Source of the DNA: Bacteroidales bacterium
Lineage (GTDB): Bacteria; Bacteroidota; Bacteroidia; Bacteroidales; UBA1402
Direction: 5' to 3'
DNA length: 29,241 nucleotides
Assembly: GCA_012511135.1 (NCBI GenBank)
Contig: JAAZGQ010000011.1
Coordinates: forward strand, 1-29,241
Notes under the pieces: model-generated
The model's input: the letters and a program-made list of their open reading frames with translations, nothing else
What the model was told of the DNA's origin: nothing
Database searches by the model: none
Shown here: one piece after another, positions 1 to 9,184 of the stretch
Numbering within the stretch: the stretch's first letter is position 1
Layout of the letters: the number at the start of each line of letters is the position of its first letter
Made by a program: the position numbers and the translations under genes

Positions 1-1152
1 ATAGGAGAACTCTGGTTTTGTTCCGGCCAGTCCAATATGGAAATGCCCATGAAGGGTTATCCGGCACAGGGAATCGAAGGCAGCCTGCAAGACATTCTGC
101 AATCGGAAGACGATCACTTGCGTCTGTTTACGGTAAAAAGAGCTGCTCTGGCTTCTGAAGCAAAGGAGGTGCAAGGCCAGTGGCAGGAAGCCTCGCCTCA
201 AACAGTTGCCAATTTCAGTGCTACTGCTTATTATTTTGGCCGTTATCTGCACGAACTTCTGGGGGTGCCTGTCGGTTTAATCAACAGCAGCCTGGGCGGT
301 TCCTTTGTTGAGGCCTGGATGAGTGCCGAAAGTCTTAAGGGCTTGTCGGAATTGCCTATTCCGGGGACTCAGGAGGAAGTGCGCTCTTCCAGCCGTACGG
401 CTACAGCTTTATACAACGGGATGGTCCATCCCTTTTTGGGTTTTACTATCAAAGGCTGCCTCTGGTATCAGGGAGAATCCAATACCGATCGGCCTGAGAG
501 CTATAAAGAGCTTTTTGTGCAAATGGTCTCATCCTGGCGCAAAACATGGGGAATAGGGGATTTCCCTTTTTATTATTGTCAGATTGCTCCCTACGATTAT
601 GGCCTGATAACTCCCCCCAACGAAGAAGTAGTAAACTCAGCCTTAATTCGTGAAGCCCAGGCGCAAGCCGAAGACTTGATCCCCAATTGCGGAATGGCTG
701 TTTTGATGGATGCCGGCCTGATAACAGACATCCATCCCCGCAAAAAACGTCAGGCCGGGGAGCGCCTGGCGATATTGGCCATGGCCGGAAGCTACGGCCT
801 TGAAGGCCCGGAGTTTCGCAGCCCTCGTTATTCGGGTTTTGAACAGCATGACAGCTTGCTCATTCTTGGTTTTGACAGAACAGGACTTGGCCTGGACAGA
901 ACGACGGGCAAGCTGAAGCATTTTTGGATAGCCGGCCAGGATAAGGTTTTTTACCCGGCTCAGGCAAAAATCAACCGGGATAAGATTCAGCTTTGGTCTG
1001 CTTCGGTTCCTCAGCCCGTGGCGGCCCGTTATGCCTTTGACAATTGCTCTGAGGGCGATTTGTTTGGAGTGAACGGCCAGCCCGTTTCCTCTTTCAGAAC
1101 AGATAACTGGCTCCAGAACGAAATAAAAATTTCAGAAAAGCATGAAGAATAA
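1..1152 (+). CDS. Sialate/carbohydrate O-acetylesterase (SASA domain), 5' end outside the window
   Basis: Frame is open from position 1 and reads IGELWFCSGQSNME (GQSN catalytic Ser motif). Also has WYQGESN and DIHPRKK motifs. Confidence 0.85.
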   Translation: MGELWFCSGQSNMEMPMKGYPAQGIEGSLQDILQSEDDHLRLFTVKRAALASEAKEVQGQWQEASPQTVANFSATAYYFGRYLHELLGVPVGLINSSLGGSFVEAWMSAESLKGLSELPIPGTQEEVRSSSRTATALYNGMVHPFLGFTIKGCLWYQGESNTDRPESYKELFVQMVSSWRKTWGIGDFPFYYCQIAPYDYGLITPPNEEVVNSALIREAQAQAEDLIPNCGMAVLMDAGLITDIHPRKKRQAGERLAILAMAGSYGLEGPEFRSPRYSGFEQHDSLLILGFDRTGLGLDRTTGKLKHFWIAGQDKVFYPAQAKINRDKIQLWSASVPQPVAARYAFDNCSEGDLFGVNGQPVSSFRTDNWLQNEIKISEKHEE

Positions 1153-1228
1153 AAAACAACTTTTTTTGAGCCTGCTTTTGTTGTCTCTATGGACTTTGGC
1201 TGCTGCAGGCCAGCCGGCGATTTATTGA
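1142..1228 (+). other. Out-of-frame N-terminal signal-peptide fragment of the DUF5703 gene
   Basis: ATG at 1142 overlaps the esterase stop and reads MKNKKQLFLSLLLLSLWTLAAAGQPAIY*, a classical Sec signal peptide. It is one frame off from ORF 1189-3456. Confidence 0.75.
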
Positions 1229-3456
1229 AAGAATACGAGTTGAGCTGGACTTCTCAAAGTAAAGGCTCAAACGAATCCATGCCCTGTGGAGGCGGAGACA
1301 TCGGTATGAATGTCTGGGTAGAGCAGGGGGAATTGTTGGTCTATTTTTCACGCAGCGGCAGCTTCGACGAAAACAGTTGCTTCCTCAAAAGCGGTCGCAT
1401 TCGCCTGAGTTTTCCCGACGAGCCTCTGGATACAGTTGATTTTGTGCAATGTCTTAAGTTGAGCCAGGGCCTGGTCAACATTAAGGCTGGCAGCAAAAGC
1501 AATAAAGTAGATATTGATGTCTGGGCAGATGTATTTAAACCGGTCGTACATCTGGACATTCGTTCTTCCAGTCCTCGTAAAGTCATAATCTCTTACGAAA
1601 ACTGGCGTTATCGCGACAGACTGCTCCGTAAAAACGAGAGTCAGAGCAATTCCTATAAATGGGCTCCTCCGGCCGGTCTGAAGACCAGTGCCGACAAGAT
1701 TGATGTCCAGGAGAACCGGATTGTTTTTTATCATCAAAATTCCTCCTCCGGCACAATGTTTGACGTGGTTGTTCAGCAACAGGGCATGGAAGCGGTAAAG
1801 GAACAAATGAATGATCCTTTGTCTGATCTTTGCTTTGGCGGTGAGCTCAGTGCTAAAAATTTTGTATTCAAAGACACACTTACAGGGGTCTATGCCGATA
1901 CGGATTTCAAAGCCTGGAGGCTGGAAAGCATGAAAGCGTCCAAAAATCAGGAAATTCAGTTGGTTTTGCACAGTACTCAGGAACCAGATAGCTGGAACAG
2001 CGGTATTGACAGTATTAAAAGCTTAATAAAGCCTTGTAAGGACAAACAGCTTACCGAGGCTTGGTGGGAGGAGTTCTGGGACCGCAGTTTTATCCGTATC
2101 AACCCTGGACGTCAGGATGCAGAAAGCTGGAAAGTGGGTCGTAATTATCAATTGTTCAGGTATATGCTGGCCTGTAACCTCAGGGGAGAGGCTCCCACCA
2201 AATTCAACGGAGGGCTGTTTACTTTCGATCCTCGTCATGTGCGTGAAGACCGGCCTTTTACTCCTGATTTCCGCAATTGGGGAGGAGGCACTTTTACTGC
2301 TCAAAACCAACGCCTGGTGTATTTTGGCATGCTCAAAAACGGAGATTTTGATTTGATGATTCCTCAATTCGAATTTTATCGCAAAAGTTTGAAAAACGCA
2401 GAATTACGGAGCAGGCATTACTGGGGTCATGCCGGAGCTTGTTATACCGAGCAGATGGAACACTTTGGTTTGCCCAATCCCAGCGAATACGGCTGGAAAC
2501 GCCCCGAAAGCTATGATCCGGGTATGGAATACAACGCCTGGCTGGAATATCAGTGGGATACAGTATTGGAGTTTTGTCTTATGATACTCGAAAGTCATCG
2601 CTACGCAGGAACCGATATCATTCCTTATATGGAATTCATTGAAAGTTCGCTGACTTTTTTTGATGAGCATTACCGCTACCTGGCCAGGCAGCGGGGGAGT
2701 AAGGAACTGAATGCCGACGGACAACTGATTTTATATCCGACCTCAGCTTGCGAGACTTACAAAATGACATATAATTCAACGACATATATAGCCGGTCTTA
2801 AAGTGGTGCTGGAATCTTTGCTGGAAACGGACAAGCTGAGTTCTGAGCAACGACAGCGCTGGGAAAAGATGCTCAAAACCATTCCTCCGCTCAGCTTCCG
2901 CGAGATCGAAGGCAAAAAAGTCATAGCGCCGGCCTTGCACTGGGAGAGAATCAACAACACCGAGGCTCCGCAATTGTATCCGGTTTTTCCCTGGCGCATA
3001 TATAACGCAGCCTCCGAAGACAAAGAGGTAGCCATCAACACCTATTGGCAGGATCCCGATGTAAGGAAGTTTTACAGTCACGTGGGCTGGAAGCAATACA
3101 ATATTTTTGCAGCTTGCCTCGGTTTAAGGGAAGAAGCCCGGAAATTGACCCTGATGAAATTCGAAGATTCAGAACATCGTTTTCCCTGTTTCTGGGGTCC
3201 CGGCTTTGACTGGACACCAGATCACAATTGGGGAGGCAGTGGCATGATAGGCTTGCAGGAAATGTTGCTGCAAACAGAGGGAGAGCGCATTTTGCTTTTT
3301 CCTGCCTGGCCTGCCGACTGGGATGTGCATTTCAAATTACATGCCCCTGGCCAGACTACCATAGAAGCCGAATTGAAAGACGGGAAATTGCTTCGTCTGG
3401 AAGTAAGCCCCAAAGAAAGGCTGGCTGATGTTGAAAATTGGCTGGAGGTTCAGTAA
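1189..3456 (+). CDS. DUF5703-domain, GH95-like six-hairpin glycoside hydrolase (true start probably 1142, frameshifted)
   Basis: N-terminal ESMPCGGGDIGMNVWVE and C-terminal WTPDHNWGGSGMIGLQEMLLQ...LFPAWP motifs are typical of DUF5703/GH95-like proteins. Lies between an esterase and a GH2. Confidence 0.7.
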   Translation: MDFGCCRPAGDLLKEYELSWTSQSKGSNESMPCGGGDIGMNVWVEQGELLVYFSRSGSFDENSCFLKSGRIRLSFPDEPLDTVDFVQCLKLSQGLVNIKAGSKSNKVDIDVWADVFKPVVHLDIRSSSPRKVIISYENWRYRDRLLRKNESQSNSYKWAPPAGLKTSADKIDVQENRIVFYHQNSSSGTMFDVVVQQQGMEAVKEQMNDPLSDLCFGGELSAKNFVFKDTLTGVYADTDFKAWRLESMKASKNQEIQLVLHSTQEPDSWNSGIDSIKSLIKPCKDKQLTEAWWEEFWDRSFIRINPGRQDAESWKVGRNYQLFRYMLACNLRGEAPTKFNGGLFTFDPRHVREDRPFTPDFRNWGGGTFTAQNQRLVYFGMLKNGDFDLMIPQFEFYRKSLKNAELRSRHYWGHAGACYTEQMEHFGLPNPSEYGWKRPESYDPGMEYNAWLEYQWDTVLEFCLMILESHRYAGTDIIPYMEFIESSLTFFDEHYRYLARQRGSKELNADGQLILYPTSACETYKMTYNSTTYIAGLKVVLESLLETDKLSSEQRQRWEKMLKTIPPLSFREIEGKKVIAPALHWERINNTEAPQLYPVFPWRIYNAASEDKEVAINTYWQDPDVRKFYSHVGWKQYNIFAACLGLREEARKLTLMKFEDSEHRFPCFWGPGFDWTPDHNWGGSGMIGLQEMLLQTEGERILLFPAWPADWDVHFKLHAPGQTTIEAELKDGKLLRLEVSPKERLADVENWLEVQ

Positions 3457-3485
3457 ACTATTTTGTACTAATAAAGTTATTCAGA

Positions 3486-6086
3486 ATGAGAAAATTAGTT
3501 GTTTTTATTTCTTTATTTTTTTCCTTAACGGCCTTGCAGGCCTATCAACCGGAAATATCCATAGCCGGATTCTTCCCTTTGGAAGGCAGTGGGCGTTCAG
3601 TATATAATTTCAATCCCGGCTGGCGTTTTTACCGGGGAGATGTGCAAACTGCCGAAAAGCCAGATTTTGACGATCAGGACTGGCCGGTGGTAAATTTACC
3701 TCACAGCGTACAGCTGATGCCTGCCGAAGGCAGCGGTGGACGCAATTATCAGGGTAAAGCCTGGTACAGAAAGCGTTTCGTCCCGGATTCTTCTTTGCAG
3801 GGACAACAAATATCTCTGTATTTTGAAGCAGTGATGGGCCGTTCTACGGTATATCTCAACGGAAAACGCGTACTGGAGCATTTGGGAGGTTATTTACCCT
3901 TTGCGGTCAATTTGAACGAATATGGAGTAAATGCCGGAGATACCTGTCTGATAGCAGTCTGTGCCGACAACAGTGACGACAAATCCTATCCTCCCGGCAA
4001 AACGCAATATACCCTCGATTTTGCCTATCACGGTGGTATTTACCGCGATGTCTGGATGATAGCCAAAGCGCCGGTACACATCACAGATCCGGTGGTAGAA
4101 AGCCAGCAAGCCGGCGGTGGAGGCGTTTTTGTTCATTACGACAATATTTCCGAAAAATCGGCCCGGGTTTTTGTGGACACCGAGATAGCCAACAAAGACG
4201 GACAGAAAAGAGCTGTGGTTTTGGAGACAGCCGTGTATGATGCAGAAGGCAAGCTGGTAAAAAAAGTCCGGAACAGCCTGAGACTGGAATCGGGCGAAAA
4301 AAAGAGCATTAAACAGCTCATTGAAGTTAAACAACCGAATTTATGGTCTCCGGCTTCACCCTATTTATATCGGGTTCATTCTCAGCTCAGGCAGGGTAAA
4401 ACCATGCTGGACGGAGGCATAAACCGTGTTGGAATTCGTCTGGCTGAATTTAAAGGAAAGGAGGGCTTCTGGCTCAATGGCAAGCCTTACGGTCAATTGA
4501 TCGGAACCAACCGGCATCAGGATTTTGCTTATGTGGGTAATGCCATGCCCAATTCCCAGCATTGGAGAGATGCCAAAAAGCTGCGTGAAGCCGGCTGTGA
4601 AATTATACGTGCTGCCCATTATCCCCAGGATCCGGCTTTTATGGATGCCTGCGATGAGTTGGGTATATTTATGATAGTGGCAACCCCCGGCTGGCAGTAT
4701 TGGAACAGGGATCCTCAGTTTCAGGAATACGTACTGAACGATGTCACCCAGATGATACGCCGTGACCGGAATCATCCTTCTGTAATTCTATGGGAACCTA
4801 TTCTGAATGAAACCCGTTTTCCCCTGGACTTTTCCATGAAAGCTCTGGAAATCACCAAAAACGAATTCCCTTATCCCGGAGCTCCTCTGGCAGTTGCCGA
4901 CATGCATTCCGAAGGGGTTGCCCAACATTATGGTGTGGTATATGGCTGGCCCCAAGATGAAGGGGAGGCAGCACAATGTATTTTTACCCGGGAATTTGGC
5001 GAAAACGTAGATGACTGGTATGCGCAAAATAACAACAACCGGGCCTCGAGAAGCTGGGGTGAATTGCCTCAGCTGGTTCAGGCTCTCTCGCTGGCCGACT
5101 CCTACGACGAAATGTTCCAGACCAGCGGTCAGTTTATCGGAGGGGCCCAATGGCATTCTTTTGATCATCAGCGAGGATATCATCCCGATCCATACTGGGG
5201 AGGTCAAACCGATTGTTTCAGACAGCCCAAATACGCCTATTACATGTTTAAGAGTCAGGTATCACCGCAGCTGGAACATCCCCTCATTGAAACAGGCCCG
5301 ATGGTGTATATTGCTCATGAGATTTCCCCTTTTTCAAACGCCGACCTGGTGGTGTTCAGCAATTGTGATTCCGTACGTTTGATTTGCCGTGAACAGGATA
5401 CTATTGTGAAAGCTGTTTTGCACCAAGAGCAAGGCATGCCCAACGCACCGGTTGTTTTCGAAAATGTCTTTGATTTCTGGCAAATGAGGGAATTGAGTTA
5501 TTTGCAGAAAAATTGGCAACAGGTGAGTTTTGTAGCCGAAGGCATCATCGACGGTCAAACAGTGTGCAGTACCAAAAAAATGCCCTCGCGTCGTTCAACC
5601 AAATTGAGCCTAAGGATTGATCACGACGGACAAGACCTGGTGGCAGACGGCAGCGATTTCTTGGTAGTTGTTGCCGAAGTTACTGACGATAACGGCAATG
5701 TGCGCAGACTGGCCAAAGACAATATTTTGTTCAGCGTCGAAGGAGAGGGCGAAATTATTGGAGATGCCTCTATAGGAGCCAACCCCAGGGCTGTGGAATT
5801 CGGATCTGCTCCGGTTTTGATACGTTCTACCAAACAAGCCGGAAAAATCAAAGTAAAGGCCAGAGTATTGTTCGAAGGCCAACACGCACCGACTCCGGCA
5901 GAGATTGAGTTTGAAAGTATTCCGGCCAGCATGCCTTTCAATCACCTGGAGTCCTATCAGTCTGTCAATGAGCAAGATTATTGGTTTGATACAGAAAGTG
6001 GCCGTAGAAAGTTGTCCGATAAAGAAATTAAAACTCTTTTGAAGGAAGTGGAACAACAACAAAAAGACTTTGGCGTTGAAAAATAG
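3486..6086 (+). CDS. Glycoside hydrolase family 2 (beta-galactosidase-like), secreted
   Basis: Signal peptide from ATG 3486 (MRKLVVFISLFFSLTALQA). GH2 motifs: LYFEAVMG, HLGGYLPF, GTNRHQD, RAAHYPQDPAFMDACDELG, RDRNHPSVILWEPILNE. Confidence 0.9.
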   Translation: MRKLVVFISLFFSLTALQAYQPEISIAGFFPLEGSGRSVYNFNPGWRFYRGDVQTAEKPDFDDQDWPVVNLPHSVQLMPAEGSGGRNYQGKAWYRKRFVPDSSLQGQQISLYFEAVMGRSTVYLNGKRVLEHLGGYLPFAVNLNEYGVNAGDTCLIAVCADNSDDKSYPPGKTQYTLDFAYHGGIYRDVWMIAKAPVHITDPVVESQQAGGGGVFVHYDNISEKSARVFVDTEIANKDGQKRAVVLETAVYDAEGKLVKKVRNSLRLESGEKKSIKQLIEVKQPNLWSPASPYLYRVHSQLRQGKTMLDGGINRVGIRLAEFKGKEGFWLNGKPYGQLIGTNRHQDFAYVGNAMPNSQHWRDAKKLREAGCEIIRAAHYPQDPAFMDACDELGIFMIVATPGWQYWNRDPQFQEYVLNDVTQMIRRDRNHPSVILWEPILNETRFPLDFSMKALEITKNEFPYPGAPLAVADMHSEGVAQHYGVVYGWPQDEGEAAQCIFTREFGENVDDWYAQNNNNRASRSWGELPQLVQALSLADSYDEMFQTSGQFIGGAQWHSFDHQRGYHPDPYWGGQTDCFRQPKYAYYMFKSQVSPQLEHPLIETGPMVYIAHEISPFSNADLVVFSNCDSVRLICREQDTIVKAVLHQEQGMPNAPVVFENVFDFWQMRELSYLQKNWQQVSFVAEGIIDGQTVCSTKKMPSRRSTKLSLRIDHDGQDLVADGSDFLVVVAEVTDDNGNVRRLAKDNILFSVEGEGEIIGDASIGANPRAVEFGSAPVLIRSTKQAGKIKVKARVLFEGQHAPTPAEIEFESIPASMPFNHLESYQSVNEQDYWFDTESGRRKLSDKEIKTLLKEVEQQQKDFGVEK

Positions 6087-6117
6087 CCTTATACTCTATC
6101 CGTTTCATATTTTTTGA

Positions 6118-6125
6118 TAATTTTG
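6118..6125 (+). promoter_or_regulatory. Bacteroidota sigma-ABfr -7 element upstream of the GntR gene
   Basis: TAATTTTG matches TAnnTTTG, 18 nt before ATG 6144. No clear -33 element. Confidence 0.5.
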
Positions 6126-6143
6126 TATTCGATTAGCCAAGTA

Positions 6144-7127
6144 ATGAAAGTAGAATTCCAATCCAACACTACCAAAGTAAAGCAACTGGCAGATGCCATA
6201 AGACAGGCCATTGCCCAGGGAGAATTCAAAGAAGGCGAGATGTTGCCTTCCATCAACAAAATCAGCGCCGAATTAAATTTAGCCCGTGATACGGTTTTCA
6301 AAGCTTTTCAGGAATTAAAAATTGCCGGTGCCATTCAGTCTGCACCAACCAAAGGCTATTATGTATCTTCGTCCATCAATCATGTGCTGGTCATAATGGA
6401 CATTTTCAGCCCCTACAAAAACAAACTATACAACGCACTCACCGAAAACTTATCACCCAACGATCGTCTGGATTTGTACTTTCATCATTACAACGAGGAT
6501 CATTTCAACATGATCATAAAAAACAGCCTGGGCCGCTACAATAAGTATGTAGTGATGAATCTTCAAAACGATGTTTATTCCGATGTTTTGAATTTACTGG
6601 ATCGCAGTAAAGTCTTGTTAATCGATTTCGGAAAATTTGACAAATCGGGTTATGCCTATGTTTGCCAGGGATTTGATACCACCTTGTACGATTGCTTGAA
6701 TTCAGGCAGCCATCTGTTCCAGAAATACGAAAAACTTAATTTTGTATTTCCGCTGGATTCTGAACATCCCCGGGGAGGCATACGCTTTTTTCATCGCTTT
6801 TGCGAAGAAAATGCTATTGGCAGTCAGTTGATAGAAAGGCATGTCTACAGGGAAGATATCAGGGAAGGTGAAGCTTATTTACTGGTTTCTCATATCGACA
6901 TGATAGAGGCAGTCAAGATCTGTCGCTCTAAAAAGTTGACCATAGGAAAAGACGTTGGCCTGGTAACCTTTAATGATGCACCCATGTTGGAAGTGATCGA
7001 AAACGGAATTACCTGCATTTCTGTCAATTTCAGGGAAATGGGATTGCTCGCGGCACGTTTTATAAATCACAACGAACGTCTACAGACCTATATCCCCACT
7101 CGTCTTATTATACGTGGATCTCTTTGA
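6144..7127 (+). CDS. GntR-family regulator with a C-terminal sugar-binding domain (FucR-like)
   Basis: N-terminal wHTH (LPSINKISAELNLARDTVFKAFQEL...GYYV) plus a periplasmic-binding-protein-like domain. TTKVKQLAD, GRYNKYVVMN and LLIDFGKFDK match my recollection of Bacteroides FucR-type regulators. Confidence 0.85.
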   Translation: MKVEFQSNTTKVKQLADAIRQAIAQGEFKEGEMLPSINKISAELNLARDTVFKAFQELKIAGAIQSAPTKGYYVSSSINHVLVIMDIFSPYKNKLYNALTENLSPNDRLDLYFHHYNEDHFNMIIKNSLGRYNKYVVMNLQNDVYSDVLNLLDRSKVLLIDFGKFDKSGYAYVCQGFDTTLYDCLNSGSHLFQKYEKLNFVFPLDSEHPRGGIRFFHRFCEENAIGSQLIERHVYREDIREGEAYLLVSHIDMIEAVKICRSKKLTIGKDVGLVTFNDAPMLEVIENGITCISVNFREMGLLAARFINHNERLQTYIPTRLIIRGSL

Positions 7128-7131
7128 TATA

Positions 7132-7923
7132 ATGAATTCTACAAAAACAGATCTGGTAATAGATCAAGGAAATTCTGCCTGTAAATGGGCTTTTTTCGAG
7201 AGCACTCCAAAGGCAAAGCTCGATATTGCCGGATATGCCGGGCTTGATCCTATGGCTGTTTTATATACTCACCATCCCGATGAATTGCTTACTGAAGAGA
7301 CCTTTGATCAATTCAAGCCTCGGGCCGCCATTTATTCATCGGTTTTAAATCATTCGGATGATTCCAAATACGAGGCCATAAAACAAAAAATAGCCCTCTG
7401 TTGTCGTTTTGACACCACAACTACTCCAATACCAATAAAGAACAATTATTCTCAGCCCGCCAAGCTGGGAGCAGACCGACTGGCTGCCGCTGTAGGAGCC
7501 TGGACGCTGGCACCGGGTAAATCTTCATTCATAGTTGATCTGGGCACAGCCATTACCTACGACCTTTTAAGTGCTGAGGGCGTATACGAGGGAGGTAACA
7601 TTGCTCCAGGCATCTTTCTTCGCACAAAGGCCTTACACGAAAATACCAAAGCCTTACCCTTGCCTGAAATGCCGATCGGTGATTTTCCTGAATTTGGCAA
7701 GGATACTGTTTCGGCCATTAAAGCCGGCGTGCTGCAGGGTATTCTACATGAAATTAATGGCTATATACTTCAGCACCAGCAAAATCATCCCGAACTTTTG
7801 ACATTTTTAACCGGAGGTGATTTAATTTATTTTGTCAGGAAACTAAAAAGTGGCATCTTTGCACGCCCGAATTTAGTTTTAACTGGTTTACACAGAATTC
7901 TTATCGATTATGTTAATTCCTAG
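7132..7923 (+). CDS. coaX: Type III pantothenate kinase
   Basis: Motifs VIDQGNS, LGADRLAA, VDLGTAITYD, GGNIAPG and LTGGD. Heads the conserved Bacteroidota envelope cluster. Confidence 0.92.
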   Translation: MNSTKTDLVIDQGNSACKWAFFESTPKAKLDIAGYAGLDPMAVLYTHHPDELLTEETFDQFKPRAAIYSSVLNHSDDSKYEAIKQKIALCCRFDTTTTPIPIKNNYSQPAKLGADRLAAAVGAWTLAPGKSSFIVDLGTAITYDLLSAEGVYEGGNIAPGIFLRTKALHENTKALPLPEMPIGDFPEFGKDTVSAIKAGVLQGILHEINGYILQHQQNHPELLTFLTGGDLIYFVRKLKSGIFARPNLVLTGLHRILIDYVNS

Positions 7924-9178
7924 CTTCCGTCCAGGCGGAAAAACCTTTATGACAGGAGTCCTCCTGCTCTTGTTTTCCTGGTCGGTATCTGCCCAAAACA
8001 ATACTTTTTCGCCTTACAGCCGTTACGGATACGGAATCCTTTCCGAGCCGGCCTTTGGCGGGGCATCAGGAATGGGGGGGATCGGATACGGTTTGCGTAC
8101 TTCGGGCCAGATTAATCCCATGAATCCGGCCTCATATTCTGCCGTAGACAGCTTGAATTTTTTATTTGACTTTGGTTTAAGTGCCACATATACACGTTTT
8201 AGAGAAAACAACCTGAGAGAAGCCAGATTGAATTCCAATATCGAGTATGCAGCTATCAAAATACCCCTGAGCAAAGATTGGGGTTTAAGTCTGGGTCTTT
8301 ACGAATATACTAAACTGGGTTATGCCTTCAATTCCGCCGGCAGCCTGACCGACCTGGATGGCAACAGCCTGATTTACTCCAACGCCTACAGCGCTACGGG
8401 GGGGATCAATAATGCTTATTTGGGAAGCTCTGTATTGTTGTTCAAACATTTATCCCTTGGAATGAATTTGAATTATAAGTTTGGAGCCCTGGTCAATTCC
8501 TCCGTTCTGAGTTATCCTTATAATTCAGAAATTAATTCCACATCCAGCTCTAATGTTATGACTGTAGGGCATTTTAATATTGATGCCGGACTGCAATACG
8601 AGCAGCAATTCAACAATAAGCATCGCATGGTGCTGGGAATGTCCTTTACACCAGGCGGTCTGATGGACGTGAATTACACCAGCACTACCATTACGTTGGA
8701 TACCCTTACTCAAGAGCATCCGGGACTCTCCTTCGGTTACCCGCAAAATCTGGGCCTGGGTGTATCTTATACCTACGACAACAGATTGATTTTAGGCATG
8801 GATTTTCAACATCAGGCCTGGAATCAGGCTCCGTTTTTTGGTGTAAGCGACAGTTTATCTTTACGCACGAGGCTCGCATTAGGTGCAGAATACCTGCCTT
8901 CAAGTATTGCACAACGTTATTATCAGGCTATTAAATACAGGCTGGGTTTGCATTATTCAGATTCATATATTAAATTTGCACAGGGAAATTTAAAGGAGTT
9001 CGGTCTGAGTCTGGGACTTGGCCTGCCTTTAAGAAATCAACGCACAGCTTTAAATCTGGCAATGGAATTTGGAAAAATCCTCACTCCGGAGCCAAGCATG
9101 ATTCAGGAACATTACTGGAGAATTAAACTGAACCTTTCCTTTAATGAAACCTGGTTTGTTAAACGGAGATTTAATTAG
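7910..9178 (+). CDS. Outer-membrane beta-barrel protein, FadL/PorV-like, conserved downstream of coaX
   Basis: Signal peptide ending VSAQ; SPYSRYGYG and GMGG...NPMNPAS hatch-like motif; alternating amphipathic strands; aromatic-rich C-terminus (FNETWF). Confidence 0.65.
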   Translation: MLIPSFRPGGKTFMTGVLLLLFSWSVSAQNNTFSPYSRYGYGILSEPAFGGASGMGGIGYGLRTSGQINPMNPASYSAVDSLNFLFDFGLSATYTRFRENNLREARLNSNIEYAAIKIPLSKDWGLSLGLYEYTKLGYAFNSAGSLTDLDGNSLIYSNAYSATGGINNAYLGSSVLLFKHLSLGMNLNYKFGALVNSSVLSYPYNSEINSTSSSNVMTVGHFNIDAGLQYEQQFNNKHRMVLGMSFTPGGLMDVNYTSTTITLDTLTQEHPGLSFGYPQNLGLGVSYTYDNRLILGMDFQHQAWNQAPFFGVSDSLSLRTRLALGAEYLPSSIAQRYYQAIKYRLGLHYSDSYIKFAQGNLKEFGLSLGLGLPLRNQRTALNLAMEFGKILTPEPSMIQEHYWRIKLNLSFNETWFVKRRFN

Positions 9179-9184
9179 TATAAC

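Noticed and set aside
1161-1167. T7 tract slippage as a programmed fix for the DUF5703 frameshift
   Set aside because: Adding a T here destroys the hydrophobic core (gives FFEPAFVVSMD). The break must lie after about 1205, where I see no slippery heptamer.
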